Part shown: positions 38,501-50,612 of the stretch, piece after piece | Position numbering within the stretch: the first letter of the stretch is position 1 | How the letters are laid out: every line of letters starts with the position of its first letter | Assembly: GCF_021869535.1 (NCBI RefSeq) | Contig: NW_026262604.1 | Location: 36,766,001-36,830,000, forward strand | Direction: 5' to 3' | Origin: Mytilus californianus | Lineage: Eukaryota | Length of the DNA: 64,000 nt | Notes under the pieces: generated by a model | The model's database searches: none | What the model was told of the DNA's origin: nothing | Seen by the model: only the letters and a program-made list of their open reading frames with translations | Made by a program: the position numbers and the translations under genes

Positions 38501-38950
38501 AGTCAGACCCTGGCAAACTGTTGTCCTGACAATGTCAAAAAGCCCTGGACTAGGAATTTAGGGCATTCAGAACAAGTTGCCTTTTAGAACTATCGTGGAC
38601 TGAACACTGACAAAGCCGTGGACGCATATTAATTTATGTCCCGGATTGGGTTTTAAATTCTGCCCATCAGAACTAAAAACCAACCACAGCAAATCCCTTA
38701 CTGGAAATTTCACCTGCCAAACATGTCAGATTAACATCCAAAAGGTCTTTAACACCTAAAAGACCGACACCCACAATTCCATTTATCACGTCATCAGCAT
38801 CCTCTGAAGATGTACCACTGATAAAATTACAAGCCAGTACATTTGCAGAGGGCAGCCTGTTAATAGTCAAAAAGAATCTTTGCACCCTATTAAAAAAAGT
38901 CATTCCATCGACCAAATCACAGGATACAAAACATTGATTGAAGAAAAAAA
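35553..38950 (+). pseudogene. Tyrosine recombinase (lambda-integrase fold) gene, internally tandem-duplicated and frameshifted
   Basis: Catalytic motifs in order: CLESAQR (R at 36896 and 38108), EHKT (K at 38268), TQARK (R at 38492), LGHS (H at 38564), NYR (Y at 38591, H-x8-Y spacing). Duplicated block about 35958-37250 / 37251-38461. Confidence 0.75.
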
Positions 38951-39133
38951 TATGACAAGTACCTTACGCAATTGTTTCCTTTTATTTTTTGTTATTTATT
39001 GGAACAGCTATAAATCTAAGGAAAAAAGGCGGAGAATGAACAAACAATTGACTGCATAATCAGAGATATTGGAAAACACTAACTCCCTTAAAATGACAAG
39101 TCCTATTTAGGTCTATTCACTTGATAAAGATAC

Positions 39134-39288
39134 CTTGGTCAGGCTGTAAGTTCGACTCTGGCAACGTGGGCACATCCAGATGCCGCATGCTTTCCCTCAA
39201 GTGAATGAGGTCTCCTATTGTCTCGACTCAAAGTCTGTGGAGATCTTCATTCGTAAGAAAATTGAAGTTATCGTCTTCAATTTTCTCA
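39134..39288 (-). pseudogene. SAM-domain exon, 3' part (split by the LINE insertion)
   Basis: Removing the LINE and one TSD restores ISLYKLDLGTLYQKFLYEKIEDDNFNFLTNEDLHRL*VETIGDLIHLRES, a SAM pattern. Donor G|gtatct at 39134. Confidence 0.7.
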
Positions 39289-39434
39289 CCCCCCGGTGAA
39301 TCGCTATCCTTGCCGTGGTCGGGGGGCTTGCGTGTCTCAGTGACCCCAAGAGCTATGCCAGCTGGAACCTAGTCTCCTGGTAGGGTTACCCATGCTGGAC
39401 AGGTCGATGGGTAGAGGCCAGACTAAAGTGATCC
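39289..39434 (+). ncRNA. Predicted HDV-like self-cleaving ribozyme at the LINE 5' end
   Basis: P1 CCCCCCG(39289-95)/CGGGGGG(39320-26); P2 AUCGC/GUGAU; P3 (C)UAU/GUG(G) with loop CCUUGCC; large P4; J4/2 CUAA (39423-26). Nested double-pseudoknot order as in L1Tc/ingi ribozymes. Folded by eye. Confidence 0.7.
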
Positions 39435-40045
39435 GAACATCGTACGAGTTGCCCGATGTTTTGAATAAAATAGGCTCTCTAACCCGTTGGCCGTGGGTTG
39501 CTACCCGTGTCGGTGGTTGACGAGATTCTTGCGGATAAGGGCTGTAGCCAGACTCCTTACGGTCAGAAAATACCCGGACGGACGAGACTATTGTTCAATA
39601 AGCTGCTTTGGCTCCAATATCATCTAAACGGGAGGTCGGATGGACCCGGTTCGATCAATCGGCTGGTCATGTCGAGCCCTTCAGTTAATTCTCAACAATA
39701 AGCTTTCTTGTAACAATTTTCATTATATACACATGTGTTTTAAATTCAGCTTTTTATATTTCAGAAAACTGAAGAAAGCGATGGCTCATGGGTCAATCAA
39801 GTGGTACGCTTTCTATTTCGCTTGATGGATACGCTCTGCTTGTATACTATTCTTGGAACATCTGGTGCTTTCCGCAGTGGATCTTGGGTGCTAATTTTGG
39901 GGACCAGCTACGTTATACATGTTATACTTGGAGCTCGTTTTCAGCATTATCACTTGACCCCGGCTCGCCACGGAAACACAGCATCGCCCTTGTAGGCACT
40001 CCGAGGTGGGTGGATGACAAGAATGGTGAATCTTTCTCATTTCCT

Positions 40046-41532
40046 ATGGCACAACAAAACCAACCCTCTAAATCAGCTTTAAAATATAAAAAAAAAGTGA
40101 TGATTCAGTTCCCAGATTTATTGTAATAAAAGGAACAGATGAAAAACCAATTTCCAAAATATCTCCCTTTGTGATTCATTAACAAATTCAAAGCGTTGCT
40201 GGTACTGTAAAAAAAGTTTCAAAAATGAGATCAGGCAATTTGTCGGTTGAATGTTCCAACAAAAGTCAATCAACAAATTTGCTTACAATGACAACAATTA
40301 AAAACTTTCCTGTTTCTGCCTCTCCTCACAACAGTTTGAACAGCTGTAAGGGGATCATTCGAGACAGAAGTCAATACCTTGGTGACCTTACCGTGGAAGA
40401 AATCTGTGAGGAACTTTCAAGCCAAGGTGTAACTGATGTTGTTAGATTTCAAATAAAAAAGAATGGAAATATAATTAAATTAAATACATATCTATTGACC
40501 TTTAGAACTCCAACTCCTCCTCCATCTATTACTTTAGGTTGCTTCGGAATCAGAGTTGACAGGTTTATCCCTAACCCAATTCGATGCTTCACTTGTCAAA
40601 AGTTTGGTCATGGAAGCAAACAATGTCGTGGTACGCAGAGATGCTTCAAGTGTTCTGACGAAGGACACGAGGGAACAACCTGTCACTCTGAATCTTCTAA
40701 ATGCGTAAACTGTGGTGAATCCCATTTTTCATCATCTAGGGACTGCCCTGTTTACCTTAAAGAAAAAAATATTATCAAAATTAAAACAGAAAGAAACATC
40801 AGTTACCCAGAAGCTAAACAGATAGCTTCTGTTTCGAATGATCTCCACGTTTCGAACAGACCATCGTACGCCAGCAAAGTTGTCCGTTCATTCAGTCACG
40901 AGCATACACAAACTCGCATGACGTGGCCAATTGATGCTGAGACATTTACAATGCTGCCTGTTGAAACAGAACCTAACGATAAAATATTAATTCCAAGAAA
41001 ACCAACACCTTCTAAAACCAGTACTCAGTCAACTCAATCTTCCTTACAGAGCTCAATGTCATCATCTAAAAATAATCAAAAAAAGAAATCAAATAAAAAA
41101 GATGCAGTTAAATCAGACAGTTGGGGCGGTGAATCTGTCTGGGGTCTTCCCAGTGACATAGATGAATCTTCCATCTCCAATAGTCTTCCTTCATCTGCAT
41201 CTAAAAAGTTATCTTCTACATCCAGTACAAAGTCTACTAGAGCCCCGTCTCCTCTTCGTTCTCCAGAAAAGAAGGATGTCCAAAAGAAGCCAGTAAATAC
41301 ATCCTCTCAGAAGTCTTCTGATTCGAGGTCGCGGGGTAGGGGTCGAGGCGGAGTAAAGCAGCCGCGTGTGGTCCTGGAGATCGACGACTCTCCTCACACA
41401 ACAGATTTTCAACACTTATCGACGAAACTGAAATGGAAATCGAAAGTGTTCCGCCACCCGAAAGATCACAATCCCAGGGTGAGCGAAATAAGAATACTGG
41501 CAAACTCGACAGCATTCGCCTTTCTATTATAA
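40046..41532 (+). pseudogene. LINE ORF1 (pre-C2HC region plus three CCHC zinc knuckles)
   Basis: RSGNLSVEC...; CFTCQKFGHGSKQC; CFKCSDEGHEGTTC; CVNCGESHFSSSRDC. Frameshift and stop near the N-terminus. Confidence 0.88.
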
Positions 41533-41536
41533 AATC

Positions 41537-44500
41537 ATGACTAATATCATCCAATGGAATTGCCGAGGTCTTAAATAAATCTTCTCGAGTTAACGCTTCT
41601 AGTTCAGTCATTTTTACCTACTGCATTTTGTCTTCAAGAAACTCATTTAAAAGAAAGTGACAATGTATCTTTAAAAGGATACAACATGTATAGCACATTT
41701 TCTAAGGTAGACGAACGTGCTGCAGGCGGATCATCAATTTTTGTGAAGGACAACGTCATTCATAGCACAGTCCAACTCACCACGGATCTGCAGGCAGTTG
41801 CAATTCGTTTATCATTAGATAAAACAATTACATTATGTTCTATATATATTCCACCCAATTCAATTATAGATAAAGCTAAACTCAAAACCTCACTGATCAA
41901 TTACCCTCACCATTTATACTTATGGCGACCTCAATGCACACAACCCCTTGTGGGAAAGCAAGTCTCATAATATCAAAGGTAAGATCATTGAGAACTTTGT
42001 CTCTCAAGAAGGATTATGCATTTTTAATGATGGATCTAATACTTATCTTCATCCTGGAAACGGGTCTTATTCTGCTATTGATATCACTATTTGCGATCCC
42101 TCTCTTCTGGATTATTCATGGCGTGTTCATGATGATCTATGTGGAAGTGATCACTTTCCAATAGTACTTGAACATCTTTTTACTTCTGCCCAACAGAGAG
42201 TACCACGTTGGAAACTTGACAAGGCGGACTGGTCCTTGTTTGAGAATCTCTGTCAAGCGGAACTTCAGTCATAGATGTTTGAGACTGTACAAGATCCAAT
42301 TTTAACTTTTAATACAGTTTTAACGTCAATTGTTGACAGAACTATTCCTAAGACCTCGGCAAATCCGAAACATCCCAGCAAACCATGGTTTGATGATGCT
42401 TGTGATCAAGCAATAGGTGACCGTAAAAAATCTGAAAGACGGTTCAATCAACAACCAACGACGGAAAACTTGAGTAATTTCTGTGTTTTTCGCGCTAAGG
42501 CACGGCGGACTTGCAGGCAAGCACGACGAACGTCTTGGAAGAAATTTGTCTCGGAGATAACATCTCGCACTCCGATGACAAAAGTATGGAACATGATACA
42601 AAAGATAAAAGGTAAAAATTCTAAAGCCACAGTTAATCATTTAAAAAATGGCAATGATTTATTAACATCTGAAAAGGATATTGCCAAAAAGCTTGGTGAA
42701 ACTTTTGCGAAATCTTCTTCTTCTAACAACTACAGGGAAGATTTTAAAAAAGTTAAAAAAAATAAAAAAAAATTAAATTAAACTTTTAATAAAAAAATGG
42801 TGAAAATTATAATAAACTCTTTTCTCTTGAAGAACTTAAAACATCTCTGTCAAAAGCCCATGATACAGCTTGTGGGCCTGATAACATTCACTACCAACTG
42901 TTAAAACACTTGCCAGATTCCTCGCTGGAAGCTCTTTTGCAGCTTATGAATAACATCTGGGAATCTGGTGATTTACCATCAATCTGGAAGCTTGCAACCG
43001 TCGTGCCTATTCCAAAACCAAGTAAAGATCACACGGATCCTATTAATTATCGGCCAATTGCTCTTACCAGTTGTGTCTGTAAAACACTAGAACGGATGGT
43101 CAATGATCGCCTTGTTTGGTTCCTGGAATCTAATGGGCTTTTAGCCAATATCCAGTGTGGATTCCGCCAAGGTCGCAGTACTCTTGACTATCTTGTTCGA
43201 TTCGAATCCTTTGTCCGTAATGGTTTTGCGAAAAATGAACATGTAGTGTCGGTCTTTTTCGATCTAGAAAAAGCCTATGATACTGCATGGAAGTATGGTA
43301 TTTTAAAAGATCTCTTTGATATGGGGTAGAAAGGCAATATGCCAAATTTTATTTCGAATTTTCTATCTAACAGACAATTTAATGTTAGAGTAAATTCAAC
43401 CATGTCTGATCTGTATGATCAAGAGATGGGTGTCCCTCAGGGCAGTATTTTATCTGTTACATTATTTAGTCTTAAAATCAACAGCCTTGTTGAAGTTTTA
43501 AAAAGTAATATTGAAGGTTCATTGTATGTTGATGATTTTTTAATATGTTATAGAGGTAAAAATATGAATAACATAGAAAGACAATTACAGTTATGTCTTG
43601 GAAGAATTGAAAAATGGGCCTCGGAAAATGGGTTTAAATTTTCCACTTCAAAAACGGTCGGGATGCATTTTTGTAACAAAAGGAAATTGCATCTTGATCC
43701 AGAAATCTCTTTGTACGGCAACCCAATTAAAATGGTTGATGAAACCAAATTTCTTGGGTTAATTTTCGACAAAAAGTTAACTTTTCTACCCCATATCAAA
43801 ATGTTAAAATCGAAAATTTAAAAGCATTAGATATTTTAAAAGTTGTCGGCAGCACCGACTGGGGTGCTGATCGCAACATTTTACTTAATTTATATAGATC
43901 TCTAGTTAGATCTAAACTAGATTATGGCTCTATAGTGTATGGCTCTGCAAGGAAGTCCTACATACAGATTCTCGATGCTGTGCATCATCAGGGTTTGCGT
44001 CTCTGTCTTGGCGCATTTAAAACCTCACCAGTTGAGAGTCTGTATGTAGAGGCCGATGAGCACTCACTCTCTAACAGACGTTTGAAGCTTGGACTTCAAT
44101 ATGCTGTCAAACTAAAAGCCTACTCAGATAATCCTGCCTACAGCTGTGTTTTTAATCCAATTTATGAAGATATTTTTGCAAAACATGAAAATAAAATTCC
44201 TCCGTTAGGTATACGTTTAAAACCACATTTAGCTTCTTTTGATTTAAAATCTGTTGCTCAAGTTGAAACTTGCAAATGTCTTCCATGGGAACTTCCCAAA
44301 CCAAAAATGATATTTGAACACAATAAAAATAAAACAAATCCTCTTTTAATTCAGCAACACTTTGCTGAAATCAAAGCCAATTATTCAGATTTTTCAACTG
44401 TCTATACTAATGGATCAAAAGATGGCGACAGAGTTGCATCTGCTGCTGTCTTCAGGGACAGAGCTGCAACTCTCCGTTTGCCATCTGATGCATCGATCTT

Positions 44501-45029
44501 TACTGCTGAAGCAGAAGCAATAATTTTGGCTTTGAAATTTATTGCTTCTTCAGATAAATCCAAATTTATTATATGTTCTGATTCACTTTCATGCTTACAA
44601 GCTATACAAAATACTAACTGTGAAATACCATATACCGATTTTAAATCTAATATTAGAGAATATGTTTTTAATATATTGAAAAATGAATGGAGTAAAAAAG
44701 ATGATAATAAATTACATGAAATTAAACCTAATTTAGGTAAACCTCTCAATAATTTTATGTGCAGAAAAAATCAGTGTGTTATTTCTAGATGTCGTATTGG
44801 TCATACTAGAATAACACACGAATATCTTTTAAAAAATGAAGTAGAACCACAATGTATACCTTGTAACTGCAAGTATACTATTAAACATGTTTTAATCAAT
44901 TGTATTGACTTTGCTGATATTCGTAAGAAGCATTTCAATGTCAATAATATGTATGATTTATTTAATAATGTTCCATTTACAAATATTGTTTCATTCTTAA
45001 AAGAAGTTGGAATATATTCTAAAATATAA
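41537..45029 (+). pseudogene. LINE ORF2 (APE, RT, RNase H, CCHC)
   Basis: IIQWNCRGL, CLQETH, IDIT, SDHFPI; YRPIALTS, FFDLEKAYD, GVPQGSILS, LYVDD; VYTNGSK..AEAEAI..CSDSLS; CIPCNCKYTIKHVLINC. Several stops and frameshifts plus a deletion in RNase H. Confidence 0.92.
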
Positions 45030-45271
45030 AAATGTTATTCTATTTAAAACGATTTTAAATTTTATCACGTTATCTTAATGTTCATTTTTATTTGTAAATA
45101 ATCAATTTGCTTTAATCTAGAATTTTAGTTTATTGAAGGGCCTTTTGTCTGATTTTAAGAATATGCTTTAAATTGTAAAAAAAATTCGAATTAGCTCTCG
45201 CCGCGATATAGCCTTGTTGTGCTAATGCGGCGTTAAGCAACCAACAATCAATCATCAATCAATTTTTCTCA

Positions 45272-45417
45272 TATAAAAACTTTTGGTATAATGTACCTAA
45301 ATCTAATTTGTACAGTGAGATACTCTTAATCTAGCAGACGACATTTTGTTGCATGTCGGTGTCCAGGAAGAAAACGTCCGTCAAAAATATCCGCGTTCGT
45401 TTTTTTCTCTCCTCCAT
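45272..45417 (-). pseudogene. SAM-domain exon, 5' part
   Basis: ATG at 45417: MEERKKRTRIFLTDVFFLDTDMQQNVVC*IKSISLYKLDLGTLYQKFLY, in frame with the part left of the LINE. Confidence 0.6.
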
Positions 45418-45464
45418 TTCTGTAATTGATTTCCCGACTTTTACTAAATCATCATAATGATACA

Positions 45465-45760
45465 TCCACTGAACATATAGTTCATTGAACCAAGTATAAT
45501 ACTGATGCGATTATGAACATAATGAATAATCCACCGAATATAAAGAAACTGGGACCACTGAAGGTAATACATAAGGTACTGCAAATTAATATTGAATCTA
45601 CTGAACATAATGAAAAATGCATTGAATATAGCGTCAGAAGTACCGAAAATAATTTTAATACCACTGTATATAATAATGAAACTACTGAACATAATAACCA
45701 AAGCACCGAAAATAATGTAAAGACTACTGAACATAATATGAAAACTACTGAAAAATAATT
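45465..45760 (+). repeat. Degenerate 21-bp minisatellite (ACTACTGAACATAAT...)
   Basis: Heptad TTEHNxx periodicity in the 45513-45758 reading frame. Confidence 0.7.
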
Positions 45761-47598
45761 TATTGTGTGTTTATTTGTGTCACTTCGTTTTTTGATTGAG
45801 TTGAGTCATTCCAATTGATATTTTATAGTGTGTCTTTCTATGTTGTGATGTTATTCTACTGTTTCAGAAAAAGGGAGAAGATTTTGTACCATTTAAAACG
45901 TTTAATCCCGCTGCAATTGTTTGCACCTGTCCTAAGTCAGAAATCTGATGTTCAGTGGTTGTCGTTTGTTCATAAGTGTTTCTCGTTTTTTTATATAGAT
46001 TAGACCGTTGGTTTCCCGTTTGAATGGTTTTACACTTGTCTAGTAATTTTTGGGGCCCTTTATAGCTTGCTGTTCGGTGTGAGCCTAGATTTCGTGTTGA
46101 AGACCGTACCTTGACCTATAATGGTTTACTTTTATAAATTGTGACTTGGATGGAGAGTTGTCTCATTGGCACTCACACCACATCTTCCTATATCTATATA
46201 ATATAAATACTACCGAACATAATGCATAAAAGATCGCACATATTAAACAATCAACATCAGAAGACAGTCATGCCGTTCCATTATAACGCTTGAAAGTGTC
46301 TTTCTTGCAGTCTAGCGTCCTCCCTACAAAGTCCTATAAGATCGCTCCACTCCAAGAGCATATCTGGATGCAACCTATTCATAAAGGAGAAAACTTCATC
46401 AAGGATGCGCTCCCAGTGCTTTATATTTTTATGGCCATATCTTGAATTAAATTCCTAGCCACAAATAATGTATTTTTTCTCTCTTGGTGTCATTGTTACG
46501 ACTTTCAAATGAAAAAAAAAATGTAAAGTTATGAAAAGTACTCGCCTGTCACTACTGAAAATCATTATCCGATAACCAATCAAATACAAACGCAGATATT
46601 GTGTATTGGTTACTTGTTTTTTTGGTTGGTCTTCTTTCTTTTTCCTTCATTATTTGTCTGTATGCCCGTGTTTGGTTTCTGTTTTAAATGATTGTATCCA
46701 TGTGGAAAAAATTAATAATGTTCATCGTCGGTATCATCTAGTGTCAAATCGATCACTTTGTGCGGCTGAGTAATGGATGTCTCAGAGCTATCAAGGTCAT
46801 GCAAAGTTCAAGATTTTGAACTTTTCGGGATATCTTGTTTCCGCCTTTATATGACAGACATGTTGTTTGTCCATCTATACTATACTGTATTGTTTTATAT
46901 TATATAACAATATTCTATTATATCTGCAGAAATTTCACAGGATTTGATTTTGTTTAATTGTTATAATAATCAATGTAATCAATATGTAATCAGTTGTTGA
47001 TTTAACTTAATTGTACTGTTCAAATTATTGGGCGTCATAATTGACAATAAAAGAATTTGTATTTGTCGTGGCAGTTTCCTCGGATGGTACAGATGAGTCA
47101 ATTATATCTACATCTGTTTCATCATCTGACTCACAATTACTGTCTTGGATACTTGTTATATTATGTTGTTATCCTTCGGTTTTTGAAAAAGAAAACTCAG
47201 AGGGATCTTCTAATGTGAAAATCGACTTCATTAACGCAAAAAAAAGCGGCATAAATGTTATGCCGGAGTACATGGTGTTTCCATGTGGGTAGAATTTGAA
47301 CCGTTTATTTTGTGGAAATGCTCTTTTGCTATTTTCCAAGAGCCTCCAATTGTATAAATACAACAATAAATCTCCTCTCCGGTATCGGTATTGACATATT
47401 TTTACTTGGATGAAGTTTTTATGGACTACACTGAAGTGTCTATATCCTAGATCAGGGGCGGGTCCGGAATTTTTTAAAGGAGGGGCGTAGAATAGATATA
47501 TGTAAAATATACAAATTTAACGGTTTCTGACTTGGGGCATGTATATTTTATGGTTAGTGTAAGAGTTAGACATTTTGTTGCCGTATTCTCCCCATTAA

Positions 47599-48277
47599 AG
47601 GGGCACTAGCTGTCAAATTCATGTTCACCGATTTGACTCAAATTCTCATATTTGTTTTATAACATTGTAAATCATTTATCCAAATTATAAAAAGTCTAAA
47701 ATAAACAGTTTACAGGACATGGGCATGATAATATGTAGCCTCGTTTCGTGTATATTTTAGTTTAGACGCCATCTAATTAAGTGTCGAGATGACCTCCCGA
47801 ATACCATCGATGCCCATATAAGCGTAATAAACATAAATAGAGATATAAATAGATAGCGGAACTCGTGGAATTGGATTCTTCTAGGTCTATTTAATTTCAT
47901 TTATAGATTAAAAATATATGTAAATCATCATTTTTACATGTATAAGAAGGACTTTTGTGAGGATCGAATCAGTCAATCAAATGATTTACCTTTGTTTCAC
48001 TGTCAATGTTGACATTCTTTTCCTTTAAATAATCAAACACGCACACATTTCATGTGTTAACTATCTCTAGCTAAGGGGTTAAATTGAAGTTCACATGAAT
48101 ACGTATTCAATGAGGTCAAATTATTCACTTGCAATGTTTCTTAGCTTATTTTGATAAAATTGGACCATACTGGCTGCTAAAATCGAATTATTATTTCAAT
48201 ATTTCACTTTCATTAAAGTTTGAACAAAAAAAATCATATTATATATATTTTTTACGTACCTCGTAGCTAGTACCCCT
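47599..48277. mobile_element. Non-autonomous Kolobok element
   Basis: TTAA TSD (47595-98 and 48278-81); TIR AGGGGCACTAGCT / AGCTAGTACCCCT. Confidence 0.85.
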
Positions 48278-48295
48278 TTAATTATCTATTAAAAA

Positions 48296-48620
48296 AATGA
48301 TTGGATGGATCCAAAGCTATGTACCAATATATTTGATGTGGGATTTGTCAGTAAAAAATGGACATGGAAAAATTCTCCCTAGCCGGCAGTCAGTCACTGA
48401 AATAGAGGTTACAACTAGCATCTGAAGAATGCATTGCGAATTTGTGATTCGCACCCCAGATGCATCTGATCATACATTCTTATATAATTGATGATTAACT
48501 TTATTCATATCAATAACAAATGAATCCACAAAAACATTTATTGAGAGTTTCTAGTGAAGAGTTATGTACAACTCTGTTGTCTAAGCCAAAGAGTTCACTA
48601 GAAGCATCTTCAAAATTATG
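48296..48620. repeat. About 310-bp segment duplicated at 53471-53780
   Basis: Both begin aaaatgattggatg.atccaaag.tatgtacc and share gtgattcgcaccccagatgcatctgatcatacat. Confidence 0.8.
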
Positions 48621-48771
48621 CAAATTTTTTATACATTTAATGCTTAATAATGTGTTGGAAATTTTTTGAAGACAAAAATCAGGGTCAGAAAAACGTACTC
48701 CATTAACATCTAACTTTCGAAGTTTGTCCAGTTAGCCTCTGTAGTCTTATAGATCAGTAATCTAGTAAGCA

Positions 48772-50612
48772 TTTTTAGATCCTCGTACGGAAGGAACATT
48801 GAGCTTCTGTCATGACTTGGCGTCCGTCGTCTTCGTTGTCCGTCCGGTTGTAAACTATTTCAAACATCTTCTCCTCTGAAACTACTGCACCTATTCCAAC
48901 CAAACTCAAGCTGAATGATCCTTATGATATCTAAAATAAAGTTTGTGTTTTATTTTCTGTTTCGTCAAAAACCATGTCCGCCAAGGCTAAAAATAGAACA
49001 TAATGGGTAAAATGCAGTTTTTGGCTTATATCTCAAAAACCAAAGCATTTAGTGCAAATCTGACATGGGGTTAAAGTGTTTATTAGTTGAATTTCTATCA
49101 GCCCTGTTCTCAGTTCTAATGTCCTCTTTTTTATGTATGACTCCAACTTATTTTCTTGTGATGATGTTGATGGATTGAATATAAAATACCCTTATCTTAA
49201 TCAGACAAATCGTGATCAGAAAGGTTCAATTCCAAATTGTCAAAAAATAATTTGTCAGTTCCCTATTTAATTTACTGTCGAATAAAACATTATAAAAATA
49301 ACTATAATATATAGATGGAGACTTAAATAAGCAAAAATGATCAGCAAGACAAGATCTATAATCAAGACAATGAAGAGGAAATTGTTCAAAGCCTCCTTTT
49401 TGGAATTAATGCCCTTCGATCACAATTTTTACCATTCTCTTTTGTGTGTTTTGCCTTATATGTTAAAAACGTTATAAATAAACAGTAGGGATGTCAACGA
49501 GTACTCGAGTATCAGTCGGTGGTACCGAGTATCGATTACCAAAATGATACTCGACTAATCGGTTTCCTGTTAGAATGTTGTTGCTTTCTTATAATTAAAC
49601 AAAAAACATTTTTATTGAGAGCGCCTCCTGGGATATAAAAATATTTATTAAAATTAATTAAATTTAAAATACGATTCGAAGGTTTGCGTTTAACTGTCAT
49701 TTATAATTCCTCCAAACATAGGTAGGCTATGAACAGGAGCACCTTTCCAAGGCTTACACTTTAAGCTGATCGTGTACCGTCATAGTATATATTTTTCATC
49801 AGAAGGACTGTAAGTTACCTAACAAAGTTGAGAAATAGCCTCGTCCCAGAAAAAGCTGACAAAATAATATTTTAAAAAAAAAGAAAAGAAATTCGTTGCA
49901 CCCTGTGTCGACCCTCAGAAAATGATGAAAGGCATCAGTAAGTTCTAATCATCACTACTTTGTTTTTATCATTTAATGTGTTTTTAAGGTTCCCAAATAT
50001 TGTTGTTTGAGTGATCATTTTCCTATAGATATTAATTAATTACTTTATTAGATTATAACCAGTTTACATAAATAGTATATGTGTTAATTAATAAGCCTTT
50101 AATTATGGTATTATTATTCTTTGGACTATTAGCTAGTCCTAGGTAATAATTTTGAGGGTTTAATGTTCATACAACGATCCACAATACATAAAATGTGTAT
50201 AAATTTGTGTTTTCATTTTGTAAATGTTTTACCGAGCGAGTACTCAAGTACTCGATTAATAAATCTTCATCGAGTTGACATCCCTAATAAATAGACACTT
50301 AATTCACAAAAATGATCAACAAGATTAGTTCAACTATCAAGTTAAAATTTGCCGATATAGTTAGTAGACTGTCAGTGTTTGTAGGAGGGATTGTCCTTAA
50401 AGTAGGATAATTTTGTGTACCCTCTATTGAGTTTTGAGCAAAACTGAATAAGAAAAAAGGACACTAAACAGACTAAATGATCAGCAATAGAAGATCAACT
50501 AAATATAGATTTTTGTCATTAATTCTGTTCTCGACTAAAATGTTGGAGTGACCTTTGTTGAATATGCTCATAGACCATGGTGAGCGACACAGGCTCTTAA
50601 GAACCTCTAGTT
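48772..50612 (+). mobile_element. HINE/DTC84-like non-autonomous Helentron element
   Basis: 5' tttttag...cttggcgtccgtcgtc...gtccgtcc microsatellite and 3' ggtgagcgacacaggctcttaagaacctctagtt end, as in bivalve HINE/pearl-type elements. Interrupted by the hAT MITE. Confidence 0.6.
49486..50286. mobile_element. hAT-type MITE
   Basis: TIR TAGGGATGTCAAC / GTTGACATCCCTA; 8-bp TSD ataaacag / ataaatag; subterminal CGAGTA repeats. Confidence 0.85.

Larger units (their letters stand above)
39289..45258 (+). mobile_element. Full-length I-group (Nimb/I-like) LINE, inactivated
   Basis: TSD tcaatttt(t)ctca at 39277-39288 and 45259-45271; 5'UTR, ORF1, ORF2 and (CAAT)n tail all present; multiple stops and frameshifts. 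Confidence 0.93.

Noticed and set aside
45513-45758. 81-aa ORF with TTEHN repeats as a gene
   Set aside because: Explained by a stop-poor 21-bp minisatellite; no independent coding evidence.
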